A DNA stretch of 64,000 nucleotides from Bacteroidales bacterium (GCA_012521995.1 JAAYLH010000067.1:16478-80477); one strand, 5' to 3'. Positions 1-9,690 are shown, counted from the stretch's first letter. Numbers and translations are program-made. The notes: generated from the letters alone by a model not told the origin.

Positions 1-108
1 CCAGCCCTGCATCAGCAAGGCCCGAATCAAAGGAACGCAGCGCGTGGCATGTCCAAGCCCCCATTCCAGCGGGCAAACCAGCACTCTTTCCTGAACCCCT
101 GTTTCCAT
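1..108 (-). CDS. Glycosyltransferase (GT-B, MJ1255/UDP-glycosyltransferase-like). Only the N-terminal 36 codons are in the window; the gene runs off the left edge.
   Basis: The reverse-strand ATG at 108..106 translates to METGVQERVLVCPLEWGLGHATRCVPLIRALLMQGW. The PL-WGLGHATRC motif is typical of the N-terminus of this family. Confidence 0.45.
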   Translation of the reverse strand, partial: METGVQERVLVCPLEWGLGHATRCVPLIRALLMQGW

Positions 109-233
109 GCCGCTAAATTTACCACTTTTTACTGCAGCAATCAGGGAAAATACAATTTGAACTTGCATTGATTTAATTTTTGAATTACTTTTATTTCCCC
201 TTGCGAAGGCAAGCCTTTTTCTCAGATTTCAGG

Positions 234-1340
234 ATGGACCCTCAACTCCGTTTCCAGATTTCATTGAGTTTGATCCCCGGTGTGGGGGGCGTCACCGCCA
301 AAAAGCTCATCAGCTATTGTGGCGGCGTAGAAGCCATATTCACTGAAAAGAAACATGCCCTCCTAAAAATCCCCGGCATCGGTGAGAACATTGCAAGCGC
401 TGTGCTCAGCCACAAAGTCTTTGATCGTGCCGAAAAGGAGCTGCTCTTCATTGAGAAGCACCGCATCAAAACCTGTTTCTTTCTCGACAAGGATTATCCG
501 GCCAGGCTGAAGCACTGCGAAGACGGCCCTGTGATGCTTTTCATCAAGGGTGAGGCCAATCTGAATGCCCCCAAGGTGGTCAGCATAGTTGGCACACGCA
601 GCATGACCGATTACGGCAGGGAACAATGCAATGCCCTGATAGAAGGGCTGGTGGCCCACAATGCCCTGGTGGTGAGCGGACTGGCCTATGGCGTGGATGC
701 CTGTGCCCACAAAAAAGCCCTCGAAACGGGTCTGGAAACCGCAGCTGTATTAGGGCATGGCCTCGACCGCATCTACCCGCCCCTGCATCAGCAACTCGCA
801 AAACGAATCGCCAGGCAGGGCGCCCTCGTCACCGAATTCATCACGGAGACCCAGCCCGACCGCGAGAACTTCCCCAAGCGAAACCGCATCATTGCAGGCC
901 TTTGCGATGCGGTAATCGTCATTGAGGCCGCCGACAAAGGGGGCGCACTCATCACCGCCAACATCGCCAACAGCTACAACCGCGATGTGTTTGCCCTCCC
1001 CGGACGAACCACCGACCCTTACAGCAAGGGCTGCAACGTTTTGATCAAAACCAACAAGGCCAACCTGCTCGAAAGCATTGCTGACCTTGAATACATCATG
1101 GGCTGGGATATGAAGAAAGACGGAAAAAAAGCCTTTCAGCCTGCTCTTTTTGTAGAACTGAATGAGGACGAGGAGAAAATGGTCGGCTTCCTAAGAAAAA
1201 ACCCCGGAGTGGGCATCGATCAAATCGTAACACAGGCCGGGTTTACCGTCAGCAAGACCACATCGATGCTGCTGAGCCTTGAATTTAAGGGCATTGTGAA
1301 ACTTCTTCCCGGTAAGATTTACAGCCTCCTCATCCCCTAA
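234..1340 (+). CDS. dprA: DNA-processing protein DprA (Smf)
   Basis: The translation has a Rossmann-like DprA core (VSGLAYGVDACAHKKAL, HGLDRIYP, PKRNRIIAGL) and a C-terminal winged-helix tail. I prefer the ATG at 234 (MDPQLRF) to the TTG at 180 used by the ORF track. Confidence 0.85.
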   Translation: MDPQLRFQISLSLIPGVGGVTAKKLISYCGGVEAIFTEKKHALLKIPGIGENIASAVLSHKVFDRAEKELLFIEKHRIKTCFFLDKDYPARLKHCEDGPVMLFIKGEANLNAPKVVSIVGTRSMTDYGREQCNALIEGLVAHNALVVSGLAYGVDACAHKKALETGLETAAVLGHGLDRIYPPLHQQLAKRIARQGALVTEFITETQPDRENFPKRNRIIAGLCDAVIVIEAADKGGALITANIANSYNRDVFALPGRTTDPYSKGCNVLIKTNKANLLESIADLEYIMGWDMKKDGKKAFQPALFVELNEDEEKMVGFLRKNPGVGIDQIVTQAGFTVSKTTSMLLSLEFKGIVKLLPGKIYSLLIP

Positions 1341-1351
1341 ACCCCCCGAGC

Positions 1352-2029
1352 CTAAACCTCAACGGCCGAAAGCAAACTGTCGAAATCTTCAAACTTAATG
1401 CGATAGTCTTCCATCGATCGCAGGATCACTTCTTTGGCTTCCTTGGCGTCATAGGTGTGGGTGATCTCCACATCGAGCTTGGTGTTGGGCAGGTCTTTAT
1501 AGGTTAGGAAGTAGTGCTTCAGGCGTTCAATGACGGGAGCCGGGCATTCGGCAATCTCGTGCATTGCCCCATAAACGGCATCATCCTTTAATACCGCGAT
1601 GATCTTATCGTCGGCCTGGTTACGGTCAATAAGCCTGAATCCCCCAATAGGAATGGCCTCTGCCAGGATGTTGCCGTGCGATATGGACTTCTCGGTAAGG
1701 ATGCAGATATCGAGCGGGTCGTAGTCCCCCTTGATGTCTTCGCGCCCGGTCTTTTCCATGGCCATTTCTGCCACCTTCTTATGGCAAAGTGTTTGCGGGA
1801 TAAAGCCATACAAGGCGGGCAAGACGTTGCTGTATTTCTGGGGACGGTCAATTTTCAGGTAACCGCTTACCTTGTCCACTTCATATTTCACCGTGTCGGT
1901 GGTAACCATCTCCACAAAGCAGGTGATCTGCTCCGGGGCGTTCTTGCCAATATCCACACCGTGCCAGGGGTGCGACTTATAACGCAGTCCCATCAGCCTG
2001 CCGATAGGGTCCATGATTCTGTTTGCCAT
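1352..2029 (-). CDS. ppa: Inorganic pyrophosphatase, family I
   Basis: The translation carries the D-x-D-P-x-D signature (GDYDPLDICIL), plus PWHGV and YGFIPQT blocks. The ATG at 2029 (MANRIMD) is preferred to the TTG at 2053. Confidence 0.8.
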   Translation of the reverse strand: MANRIMDPIGRLMGLRYKSHPWHGVDIGKNAPEQITCFVEMVTTDTVKYEVDKVSGYLKIDRPQKYSNVLPALYGFIPQTLCHKKVAEMAMEKTGREDIKGDYDPLDICILTEKSISHGNILAEAIPIGGFRLIDRNQADDKIIAVLKDDAVYGAMHEIAECPAPVIERLKHYFLTYKDLPNTKLDVEITHTYDAKEAKEVILRSMEDYRIKFEDFDSLLSAVEV

Positions 2030-2110
2030 AGGCTTGTGATAATGTTTTGTCAAAGGTACGCAGTTTTCCCTTGCGGGGAAGTTCTTTCTGATGATTGTCG
2101 TACAGCAGCC

Positions 2111-3184
2111 CTATTCCCTGTTTGCAGGCATCAGGGGTGAGAAATTGATGCCATCGGGTTCTTTACCTGCTGCAAAATGTTCCAGGATCTCAAAGGTCTC
2201 CAGGCTGATTACCGTCACGGCGTCCGAACGGGTGTTGGCCACATAGGCAAACCTGTTGTCGGGAACCACCAGCCCTATAGGCACCGAAGTGCCTTCGAAA
2301 TCGGCGAAATACCTTTCGGGGTCTTCCTCCTCGGGCACAGGCGGGGTCATCTTTACCCTGGCCAGCAGGTTTCGTTCGACTGCATCAAATACAGCCACGT
2401 CTCCCGAGCGGGCATTGCTCACCACAAACAGGCTGCCATCTGGTGAAAACTTGCAGCGGATGGGGAAATCACCACATTCAAGGGTCGCCAGGCGCTCAAA
2501 GGTCTTCGTATCGAATACCGCAAGGGTGTTCTCACCGCGGTTGGTAACCCAAACCTCATGACCCTTGGGCGTTACAGCTATGCCTTCAGCTCCTGTGCCG
2601 CTGTATAGCTGTTCCAGCAGCTCACCCGTTTCCAGGTCAAAAACAGTCACATTACCCGTGCGGATGCTGGAAACAAAGGCATGCTTATGATCGGGGGTCA
2701 CCGCAACCATATGCGAAACCTCCTGGTCTGTGGGCAAAGCCTGGAGTACCAAACCGTTTTCAACATCCACCACCAGCAGGCTCTGGCTGCCTTCAGTGGT
2801 AACCAGCATTTTCCCGCTGCCGTCCATCCAGTCCATCCCGTGCGGGCGCGTATGTTCGCCAAGATCAATAGTGCGGACCAGCTCAGCCTGCGCTACATCA
2901 TATACCGAAAGCGTATGGCCCGGATACTCGCGATTTCCGTAATTGCACACCACCACATAGCGGCCATCATCCGACACCTCCACTTCGTGGGGCTCCACAC
3001 CCGTGGGCAGCACGGCAAGGATCTCTCCCGTGCTGCGGTCAAGGAAATACAGATCGTCGCCACTCTTATTGCCGATGATGATGGTCCCTGCCTTTTCCTG
3101 TGTGGCTTCGCGAACCTGCTGGCTGCAGGAAAAAAACATTACCGCAACAAATGCCATTCCTAAAAACCCTGAGATCCATTTCAT
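2111..3184 (-). CDS. YVTN-type beta-propeller repeat lipoprotein
   Basis: Six or seven repeats of the pattern P-x-G-(I/V)-x-(V/F)-(S/T)-P-D-G...V-(V/S/T)-N...V-x-V-(F/I)-D. The internal ATG at 3184 gives MKWISGFLGMAFVAVMFFSC, a lipoprotein signal with a lipobox Cys. Confidence 0.7.
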   Translation of the reverse strand: MKWISGFLGMAFVAVMFFSCSQQVREATQEKAGTIIIGNKSGDDLYFLDRSTGEILAVLPTGVEPHEVEVSDDGRYVVVCNYGNREYPGHTLSVYDVAQAELVRTIDLGEHTRPHGMDWMDGSGKMLVTTEGSQSLLVVDVENGLVLQALPTDQEVSHMVAVTPDHKHAFVSSIRTGNVTVFDLETGELLEQLYSGTGAEGIAVTPKGHEVWVTNRGENTLAVFDTKTFERLATLECGDFPIRCKFSPDGSLFVVSNARSGDVAVFDAVERNLLARVKMTPPVPEEEDPERYFADFEGTSVPIGLVVPDNRFAYVANTRSDAVTVISLETFEILEHFAAGKEPDGINFSPLMPANRE

Positions 3185-3334
3185 TTTTTTCCTTACTGTT
3201 TGAACATAAATACCTAAAGCCTTCGTTTTCATTGTGTCCATAAAAATAAGTTAAAACAACAAAACTATGGAAAAAATATTGGTTTGGTCTGGGTTAAAGA
3301 AGCTTAAAAACCCCTTACAGGGACAATTTTTTAT

Positions 3335-3342
3335 TACTTTTG
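3335..3342 (+). promoter_or_regulatory. Candidate Bacteroidota -7 promoter box (TAnnTTTG) for ftsX
   Basis: TACTTTTG lies 22 nt upstream of the ftsX ATG. Confidence 0.35.
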
Positions 3343-3364
3343 CAGCCATATAAAGCAGGGATCC

Positions 3365-4246
3365 ATGGCCAAAAAGGAAGAAGCCGTATTAGGCAGAAGG
3401 CTTAAAACCTCCTACATTTCGACAGTGGTGAGCATTACGCTGGTGCTGTTTGTGCTGGGGCTGCTGGGGCTTGTCATGCTCCACGCCCGCAAGCTCTCCG
3501 ACCACGTCAAGGAAAACCTGGGCTTTTCCGTCATCCTGCACGACAATGCCAAGCCCGCCGAAATCAACCATCTGCAAAAAACCCTCGACGGCATGCCCGC
3601 CGTGAAAACGACCGAGTATGTGTCGAGTGAACTGGCAGCCGAGACCCTTATGGAGGATCTGGGCGAGGATTTTGTTGAATTCCTGGGATACAACCCCCTG
3701 TTTCCCAGCATTGAAGTAAGGCTTATCGCCAATTATGCCAACCCCGACAGCCTGGTGCTGTTTGAGGGAGAGGTGATGAAAAACCGGATCGTACGCGAGG
3801 TACATTACCAGAAGGACCTCGTCTCTTCCATCAACGAAAACGTCAAAAAGATCGGCCTTGGCTTGTTGGTCTTCAGCCTGCTCTTGCTAGCCATTGCCTT
3901 TGCGCTGATCAACAACACAATCCGCCTGAGCGTGTTTTCTAAACGCTTCCTCATCAAGAGCATGCAGCTGGTGGGGGCCACTCAGTCGTTTATACGCAAA
4001 CCCTTTATCATTAAAGGGATGATACAGGGGCTCATTGGCGCCACCCTGGCCATCCTGCTCCTTCTCGGCTTACTCTATGGAGGGCAACGGCAAATCCCCG
4101 AGCTGATCACCTTCCAGGACACCCGAATGCTGCTCAGCCTCTTTTTGATGGTCATCCTGTTGGGTATTGTGATCAGCTGGATCTCAACCCATTTGGCCGT
4201 CAAGAAATACCTGCGCATAAAAACCGATTACCTTTACCTGTATTAA
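3365..4246 (+). CDS. ftsX: Cell-division protein FtsX (permease-like)
   Basis: An N-terminal TM helix is followed by a periplasmic domain (FSVILHDNAKPAEINHLQKTLDGMPAVKTTEYVS) and three C-terminal TM helices. This is the FtsX architecture. Confidence 0.8.
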   Translation: MAKKEEAVLGRRLKTSYISTVVSITLVLFVLGLLGLVMLHARKLSDHVKENLGFSVILHDNAKPAEINHLQKTLDGMPAVKTTEYVSSELAAETLMEDLGEDFVEFLGYNPLFPSIEVRLIANYANPDSLVLFEGEVMKNRIVREVHYQKDLVSSINENVKKIGLGLLVFSLLLLAIAFALINNTIRLSVFSKRFLIKSMQLVGATQSFIRKPFIIKGMIQGLIGATLAILLLLGLLYGGQRQIPELITFQDTRMLLSLFLMVILLGIVISWISTHLAVKKYLRIKTDYLYLY

Positions 4247-4305
4247 TATTCGGGGCAGCAAGCGCTAACCTGAAAAACGAAAACCAAGAAAAAACCAAAG
4301 ATACC

Positions 4306-4617
4306 ATGAGCAAAAACAAAGAAGAACACGCCCCCCTGTTCGACCGCACCAAATATATCCTGATGATCGTGGGGCTGCTGGTCATTGCCCTGGGCTTTGT
4401 TTTGATGATCGGGGGCGGAAGCAATGATCCCAATGTGTTCAGCTACGACTTGTTCAGCTTCCGCAGGATCACCCTCGCCCCAATGCTTGTCTTGCTGGGC
4501 TTTGGCATTGAGTTCTATGCCATAATGAAAAGAACCACCAACGAAGCGGAGACCAAGGCCACGCCCGGGCCCAAAAAAGCTCCTGCCCCTGCCCAAACCA
4601 AAGCTTCAAGGCGATAA
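4306..4617 (+). CDS. Small two-TM membrane protein (DUF3098-like) that typically follows ftsX in Bacteroidota
   Basis: The 103-aa product is MSKNKEEHAPLFDRTKYILMIVGLLVIALGFVLMIGG followed by a second TM helix. The call also rests on its position after ftsX. Confidence 0.6.
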   Translation: MSKNKEEHAPLFDRTKYILMIVGLLVIALGFVLMIGGGSNDPNVFSYDLFSFRRITLAPMLVLLGFGIEFYAIMKRTTNEAETKATPGPKKAPAPAQTKASRR

Positions 4618-4626
4618 TCAAAGCCC

Positions 4627-5430
4627 ATGCTCCTTATGACCTGGTTTGAAGCATTGATCCTGGGTTTGTTACAGGGTCTGACCGAGTTTTTACCCGTCAG
4701 CAGCAGCGGCCACCTTGAACTGGGCGGAGCCGTTTTCGGCCTGCAAAACCCCGATGCCTTTTTTACCTTCAACATTATGGTCCACGGAGCCACCTTCCTG
4801 AGCGTGGTAGTGGTCTTCTGGAAAGACATCCGCGAGCTGATCGCAAACCTTTTCCGTTTCCGGTGGAATGCCGAGACCCGTTTTGTGATCCTGCTGCTGG
4901 TTTCCGCCATCCCCGTAGGCCTGGTAGGCTTGCTTTTTGAAGAAAAGATTGAAATGCTCTTCGAGGGACGTATCGTCCTGGTGGGCCTGATGCTGCTGGT
5001 CACCGCCCTGCTGCTGTTCCTCACCCGCTTTGCCCCGAAAAACAATAAGGACCTGAGCCTAAAAAGCGCCCTGCTCATCGGCCTGGCACAAACTGTGGCC
5101 GTGATGCCCGGCATCAGCCGCAGCGGCGCAACAATCAGCACGGCCCTATACCTGGGCATTGAACGCAGCAAGGCCATCCGCTTTTCTTTCCTGATGGTCC
5201 TGATCCCCATCTTTGGCGCCAACTTCCTGAAAATCCTCAAAATGTCGGAAAACACAGGGCCTGCCGCCATCGATACCCTCCCCCTGATTATCGGCACCCT
5301 GGCAGCATTCCTCGCCGGACTGGCCGCCTGCCGGTGGATGCTCAGCATCGTACGCAAGGGAAACATTGCCTGGTTCTCTCTTTACTGCCTCATCATCGGC
5401 ATCATCGCCATTATGACGGGCATTTTATAA
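4627..5430 (+). CDS. uppP: Undecaprenyl-diphosphate phosphatase
   Basis: The translation has the GLTEFLPVSSSGHL and PGISRSGATI motifs and is polytopic. Confidence 0.9.
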   Translation: MLLMTWFEALILGLLQGLTEFLPVSSSGHLELGGAVFGLQNPDAFFTFNIMVHGATFLSVVVVFWKDIRELIANLFRFRWNAETRFVILLLVSAIPVGLVGLLFEEKIEMLFEGRIVLVGLMLLVTALLLFLTRFAPKNNKDLSLKSALLIGLAQTVAVMPGISRSGATISTALYLGIERSKAIRFSFLMVLIPIFGANFLKILKMSENTGPAAIDTLPLIIGTLAAFLAGLAACRWMLSIVRKGNIAWFSLYCLIIGIIAIMTGIL

Positions 5431-5440
5431 ACCCTTAAGG

Positions 5441-6160
5441 ATGCAAAAAAACGAACAGATACAAGCATTTATTGAAGGCGAAGTCCTCTGCTTCGACAAA
5501 CCCCTCGGCTGGACATCATTCGACGTGGTCAACAAGGTACGTTCAATGATGCGCTATGTGCTGGGCATCAAAAAACTCAAAACAGGCCATGCAGGAACCC
5601 TCGACCCCCTGGCCTCAGGGCTGCTCATCATCTGTACAGGAAAACAAACCAAAAGCATCGAAAGCTTCCAGGAAATGGAAAAGGAATATACAGGTACTTT
5701 CCTCCTGGGGAAAACAACCCCTTCCTTCGACCTCGAAACCACCGTCGACGGGCATTTCCCTACAGGCCACATCACCCACGAGCTGGCGCTGCAGGCCGCC
5801 CATAAACTCTCGGGCCACCAGGAACAAATCCCGCCCCAGTTCTCAGCAAAAAAAATAGAAGGCGAACGCGCCTATGAATTTGCCCGCCGCGGCGAACACA
5901 CCGAACTCAAAGCCCGCAAGATTGTCATCAGCAAATTCGAAATTACCCGCTTCGAACTGCCCGAGATCGACTTCCGCGTGGTGTGCAGCAAAGGCACATA
6001 CATCCGCTCGCTGGCCCGCGACTTCGGAAAGGAGCTCCATTCAGGGGCACACCTCAAAAGTCTCCGACGAACCCGTATCGGCAACTTCCAGGCCGAAGGC
6101 GCTTGGACCATAGAAGCCTTCGAACAACACTTACAGGCCCTTGCCGACCCAAAAGCCTAA
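5441..6160 (+). CDS. truB: tRNA pseudouridine(55) synthase
   Basis: The translation has KPLGWTSFDVV, the catalytic-Asp block GHAGTLDPLASGLL, and YIRSLARD. Confidence 0.9.
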   Translation: MQKNEQIQAFIEGEVLCFDKPLGWTSFDVVNKVRSMMRYVLGIKKLKTGHAGTLDPLASGLLIICTGKQTKSIESFQEMEKEYTGTFLLGKTTPSFDLETTVDGHFPTGHITHELALQAAHKLSGHQEQIPPQFSAKKIEGERAYEFARRGEHTELKARKIVISKFEITRFELPEIDFRVVCSKGTYIRSLARDFGKELHSGAHLKSLRRTRIGNFQAEGAWTIEAFEQHLQALADPKA

Positions 6161-6486
6161 GCAGAAAATCTCCCTTTTTTTTTATTTCCGACTTTCAGTA
6201 AACCCCTGAAAAACACCGCGAAAGACCTGACAAAGCCATCCGGCTAAATTTTCAGGTCCGGGCTTTAATGATTCGCCACATTGTGGCTTTTTCTTACATG
6301 TTTTATTCTTCTGAAAAATTGCTTACCTCAAAACCCTGAAGCAGCCTTTTTTTCACTCCTCAGCGAAAGGCTCAAGGGCCTGTTACTGCCCTCATTAAAA
6401 TCAAACCGCAACATTTGGAACCATCCCCCGGCAAACCTTAAGGGTTTCCAACACCATTTCTGATTCCTTTATAAAACATATCTAAT

Positions 6487-6610
6487 ACGTATATTAAACG
6501 TAGTTAAGACGTAGGTTAAACGTAGTTTGTACGTCTAAGGTACGTCTTAGGTACGTCTTAGGTACGTCTAAAGTACGTCTTAGATACGTCTGAATCTGGT
6601 CTGAATAATG
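6487..6610. repeat. Tandem array of about 12 units with an exact 11-bp period. The core is the palindrome ACGT.
   Basis: ACGT starts at 6487, 6498, 6509, 6520, 6531, 6542, 6553, 6564, 6575 and 6586, every step being 11 bp. Early units read ACGTAG-type and later units ACGTCTTAGGT-type. The array decays into GTCTGAAT at 6588 and 6599, again 11 bp apart. Confidence 0.9.
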
Positions 6611-6953
6611 ACTCCGGGAAGCGCCTGAAAAGGGTGGAAATTGATCTCTGAAATCCAGTCTCAAGGGGAACAAAAGCAAAGACAATATCGGATGTTTACC
6701 AGGAGGCCACCACAAAAAGAGCCTGACAAATTGGTTAAAAAGAAAATCAGGGGAAAAAAAAGAGCGGACTGCTTCAGCAATTGAAACCACCACATCAACC
6801 CGGAATTTGAATCATTTCCGGGAGGGTTCCGGGGAGTTGATTGGCTTGCCACGACCTGTTCCAAACACCTTGCATCCAAACGCAATTCAAAAACAAACAG
6901 TGATTAAGCAGAAAAATTTGCATCAAGGTATTGACAAGGCCTCTTTCAAGTAT

Positions 6954-6961
6954 TATCTTTG
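6954..6961 (+). promoter_or_regulatory. Candidate -7 promoter box (TAnnTTTG) upstream of queA
   Basis: TATCTTTG is preceded by TTG(ACA) about 21 nt upstream and lies 99 nt upstream of the queA ATG. Confidence 0.3.
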
Positions 6962-7059
6962 CACTCCTTTCCCGGAAAAAATGCGAGTTGTTTAATAATA
7001 AACCTTTTCCGCTTTTGAACCCTGTTTTCAGAGGTGGAGGGAAAAAATTTTATGCCCCT

Positions 7060-8109
7060 ATGAAACTATCTGACTTTAAATACAACCTTCCTCCTGAACT
7101 GATCGCCGAGCGTCCTGAGGACAATCGGGATGAGTCACGCCTGATGGTAATCAACCGTGCCACCCAGACCATTGAGCATAAATTGTTCAAAGACCTCCTC
7201 GGTTATTTTGATGAGGGTGACGTGATGGTTGTAAACAATACCAAGGTGTTTCCTGCCAGGCTTTATGGCACCAAGGAAAAAACGGGAGCCCAGATCGAAG
7301 TTTTCCTGTTGCGCGAGCTGAACCGTGAAACCCGCTTATGGGATGTGCTTGTAGATCCTGCACGCAAGATTCGTATTGGAAACAAACTGTACTTTGGCGA
7401 GGACGACAACCTGGTGGCCGAAGTGATTGACAACACCACTTCTCGCGGACGTACGCTGCGGTTTTTGTTTGACGGCACCTATGATGAGTTCAAGCAAACC
7501 ATCGAGACCCTGGGCGAAACGCCGCTTCCAAGGATCATCAGGCGGCCTGTGGAGCCTGAGGACCGGGAGCGTTACCAGACGGTGTTTGCAAAACGCGAAG
7601 GCGCCGTGGCGGCTCCCACAGCGGGCATGCACTTCAGCCGGCAGCTCATCAAACGCCTCGAGCTGAAAGGGGTTGACTTTACCGAGATCACCCTGCACGC
7701 AGGCCTGGGCAATTTCCGCAGCGTGGACGTGGAAGATCTGAGCAAGCACAAAATGGACAGCGAGGAATTCCTGATTGAAGAAAGGGCTGCAAAGATCATC
7801 AACGCCGCCAAGGAAAAGGAACGCAGGGTCTGCGCCGTAGGGACCACCACCATGCGTGCCCTCGAGTCCTCGGTCTCTATTTCAGGAATGGTAAAGCCCT
7901 TTGAGGGCTGGACCAACAAGTTTATCTATCCTCCCTTCGAGTTCAGCGTGGCCAATTCAATGATCTCGAACTTGCACCTGCCGCAGTCCACCCTGATGAT
8001 GATGGTTTCGGCCTTTACAGGCTTTGACTTGCTGATGAAAGCCTATAAAATTGCAGTAAAGGAAAAGTATCGTTTCTTTACCTATGGCGATGCCATGCTG
8101 ATCATTTAA
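7060..8109 (+). CDS. queA: S-adenosylmethionine:tRNA ribosyltransferase-isomerase
   Basis: The ATG at 7060 gives [30 protein letters not shown], the canonical QueA N-terminus. The ORF-track start at 6931 is an upstream in-frame extension. Confidence 0.9.
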   Translation: MKLSDFKYNLPPELIAERPEDNRDESRLMVINRATQTIEHKLFKDLLGYFDEGDVMVVNNTKVFPARLYGTKEKTGAQIEVFLLRELNRETRLWDVLVDPARKIRIGNKLYFGEDDNLVAEVIDNTTSRGRTLRFLFDGTYDEFKQTIETLGETPLPRIIRRPVEPEDRERYQTVFAKREGAVAAPTAGMHFSRQLIKRLELKGVDFTEITLHAGLGNFRSVDVEDLSKHKMDSEEFLIEERAAKIINAAKEKERRVCAVGTTTMRALESSVSISGMVKPFEGWTNKFIYPPFEFSVANSMISNLHLPQSTLMMMVSAFTGFDLLMKAYKIAVKEKYRFFTYGDAMLII

Positions 8110-8119
8110 ACCCCTTGCG

Positions 8120-8788
8120 ATGCAGAGGTATGTGCTGATCACGGCTGGTGGGTCGGGCACGCGAATGCAGTCGGGCCTTCCCAAGCAATTCATTGAAATT
8201 GCGGGTTTGCCTGTATTGATGCATACATTCAAGGCCTTCATGGAGGCTGAGGCTGATTTCCACTATGTGCTGGTTTTGCCTGAAAGTCACCGGGATTACT
8301 GGAAAGGGCTTTGCGAAAAGCACGTCTTCAGGCAGCCGCATCAGTTGGCCCTGAGCGGCCCCACGCGTTTTCATTCGGTGAAGAGCGGCCTCAGGCTGGT
8401 GCCCGACGATGCCCTGGTGGCCATTCACGACGGGGTGAGGCCGCTGGTTTCTGCATTGGTTATTGAGCAGGTTTTTCATTCTGCCGAACGCTTTGGGAAC
8501 GGCATCCCGGTGGTGGCGGTAAGTGATTCGCTACGCATCGTCGACCATGCCCTGAGCCAGGCCTTGCCGCGCGAACAGGTGCGCAGAGTACAGACCCCTC
8601 AGTGCTTTCGCGCTGAGCTGATCAAAAAAGCCTATAACCGTAATTATTCAGAGGTATTTACGGATGAAGCCACACTTCTGGAAGCCGATGGCCATCGCAT
8701 TTTCCTTGTGGAAGGAAACCCCGAAAACATCAAGATCACAAGGCCTGCTGATCTGAAAATGGCAGAGGCAATGCTTTGGAAAAGCTAA
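8120..8788 (+). CDS. ispD: 2-C-methyl-D-erythritol 4-phosphate cytidylyltransferase
   Basis: The translation has the ITAGGSGTRM...PKQF nucleotide-binding N-terminus, HDGVRP and VQTPQCF blocks. Confidence 0.85.
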   Translation: MQRYVLITAGGSGTRMQSGLPKQFIEIAGLPVLMHTFKAFMEAEADFHYVLVLPESHRDYWKGLCEKHVFRQPHQLALSGPTRFHSVKSGLRLVPDDALVAIHDGVRPLVSALVIEQVFHSAERFGNGIPVVAVSDSLRIVDHALSQALPREQVRRVQTPQCFRAELIKKAYNRNYSEVFTDEATLLEADGHRIFLVEGNPENIKITRPADLKMAEAMLWKS

Positions 8789-9055
8789 GAATAATGAGAA
8801 TTGTTTTTGCGGTATTCCCCATTGTTTCAATGTCAAGAATTTACAAGCCGTCTCAACACCATTAGACGGCCTGAAACGTTAACTCCCTATCACCAGATTT
8901 TAAACCAGTTTTGAAAAGGGTACACCATTTTTTACCTGACCCTAACGCCCTTTTTCAATAAGCCAAAAACCATCTAAATTACATACAGGATAATAACAGG
9001 CTCGTAGTTTATGCGAAGTTTATACACTTTTTTACACCTGAACTACTAGTTAAAT

Positions 9056-9077
9056 ACGTTTAAGTTACGTTTTATCT
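9056..9077. repeat. Two-unit copy of the 11-bp-phased ACGT motif
   Basis: The sequence ATACGTTTAAGTTACGTTTTAT has ACGT at 9056 and 9067, 11 bp apart. Confidence 0.4.
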
Positions 9078-9504
9078 TTTTTATAAAACCAGACTAACCC
9101 ACCCCGGGGAGATTAATGAGTTTGGCTTTATCCACCAGACATCAATGCCGATAAAATAACCTAACACAATCATTCCCGCTTTCCTCGCAGGAGGTTAACA
9201 AAAAACTCATACAAAAGAAAATTAAGATTTTGATTTTAGGTATTTGGTTTAGTAAATACACAGGGCTATCTGACAACTAACAAACCCCAAACCTTGTTTC
9301 ATCAGTAAGCCATAAGCCAGGTCAATTCATTATTAGCCTTATTATCTTATTATTTATGTCGTCGGATATTTTTTCTAAATTAAAAAACACAAAGTGCATA
9401 GGGAAAAGGTATCTACTATAAGTACAATTTAATCCTGTATCAGAATATTTTAACTATTTGCTTTTGACAATTAGCAAAATTTTCAACAGCTAACACGCTT
9501 ATTT

Positions 9505-9546
9505 TAAGTGCTGGTACTTAATTATCAAATTAAGCACCAGCACTTA
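9505..9546. other. Inverted repeat of 19 bp with one mismatch and a 4-nt loop, upstream of the large T9SS cargo gene
   Basis: TAAGTGCTGGTACTTAATT (9505..9523), loop ATCA, then AATTAAGCACCAGCACTTA (9528..9546). No U-run follows on either strand. Confidence 0.8.
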
Positions 9547-9690
9547 TTGCAGAAAAAACCAATTTGACATATTTTTGATTTCTCTATTTTAAATATGAAA
9601 AAAAGGGTAATCCTTGCTCAAAGAATGCTGCCAACCATATCACTTTGCCACCTACTAATTAATTTCTATAAATTCACAAAAATGCAGAAC

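Noticed and set aside
180-233. N-terminal extensions in the ORF track (180, 6931, 9595, 16020, 18409, 19900, 24976, 36030, 45723, 2053, 3241)
   Set aside because: In each case a downstream ATG gives the canonical family N-terminus or a proper signal peptide. The extension instead starts at a non-ATG codon, overlaps the upstream gene, or lies inside a terminator.
4515-5366. A 283-aa minus-strand ORF
   Set aside because: It is antisense to uppP, whose motifs are unambiguous. The product is Arg/Ser/Pro-rich junk.
6487-6610. A possible CRISPR array
   Set aside because: The units are 11 bp and contiguous, with no unique spacers, and no cas genes are present in the window.
6494-6793. A 99-aa minus-strand ORF with the repeated peptide LRRTLDV
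   Set aside because: The peptide repeat is simply the translation of the 11-bp DNA repeat (33-nt super-period). There is no start context and no signal or TM logic. I treat the region as non-coding.
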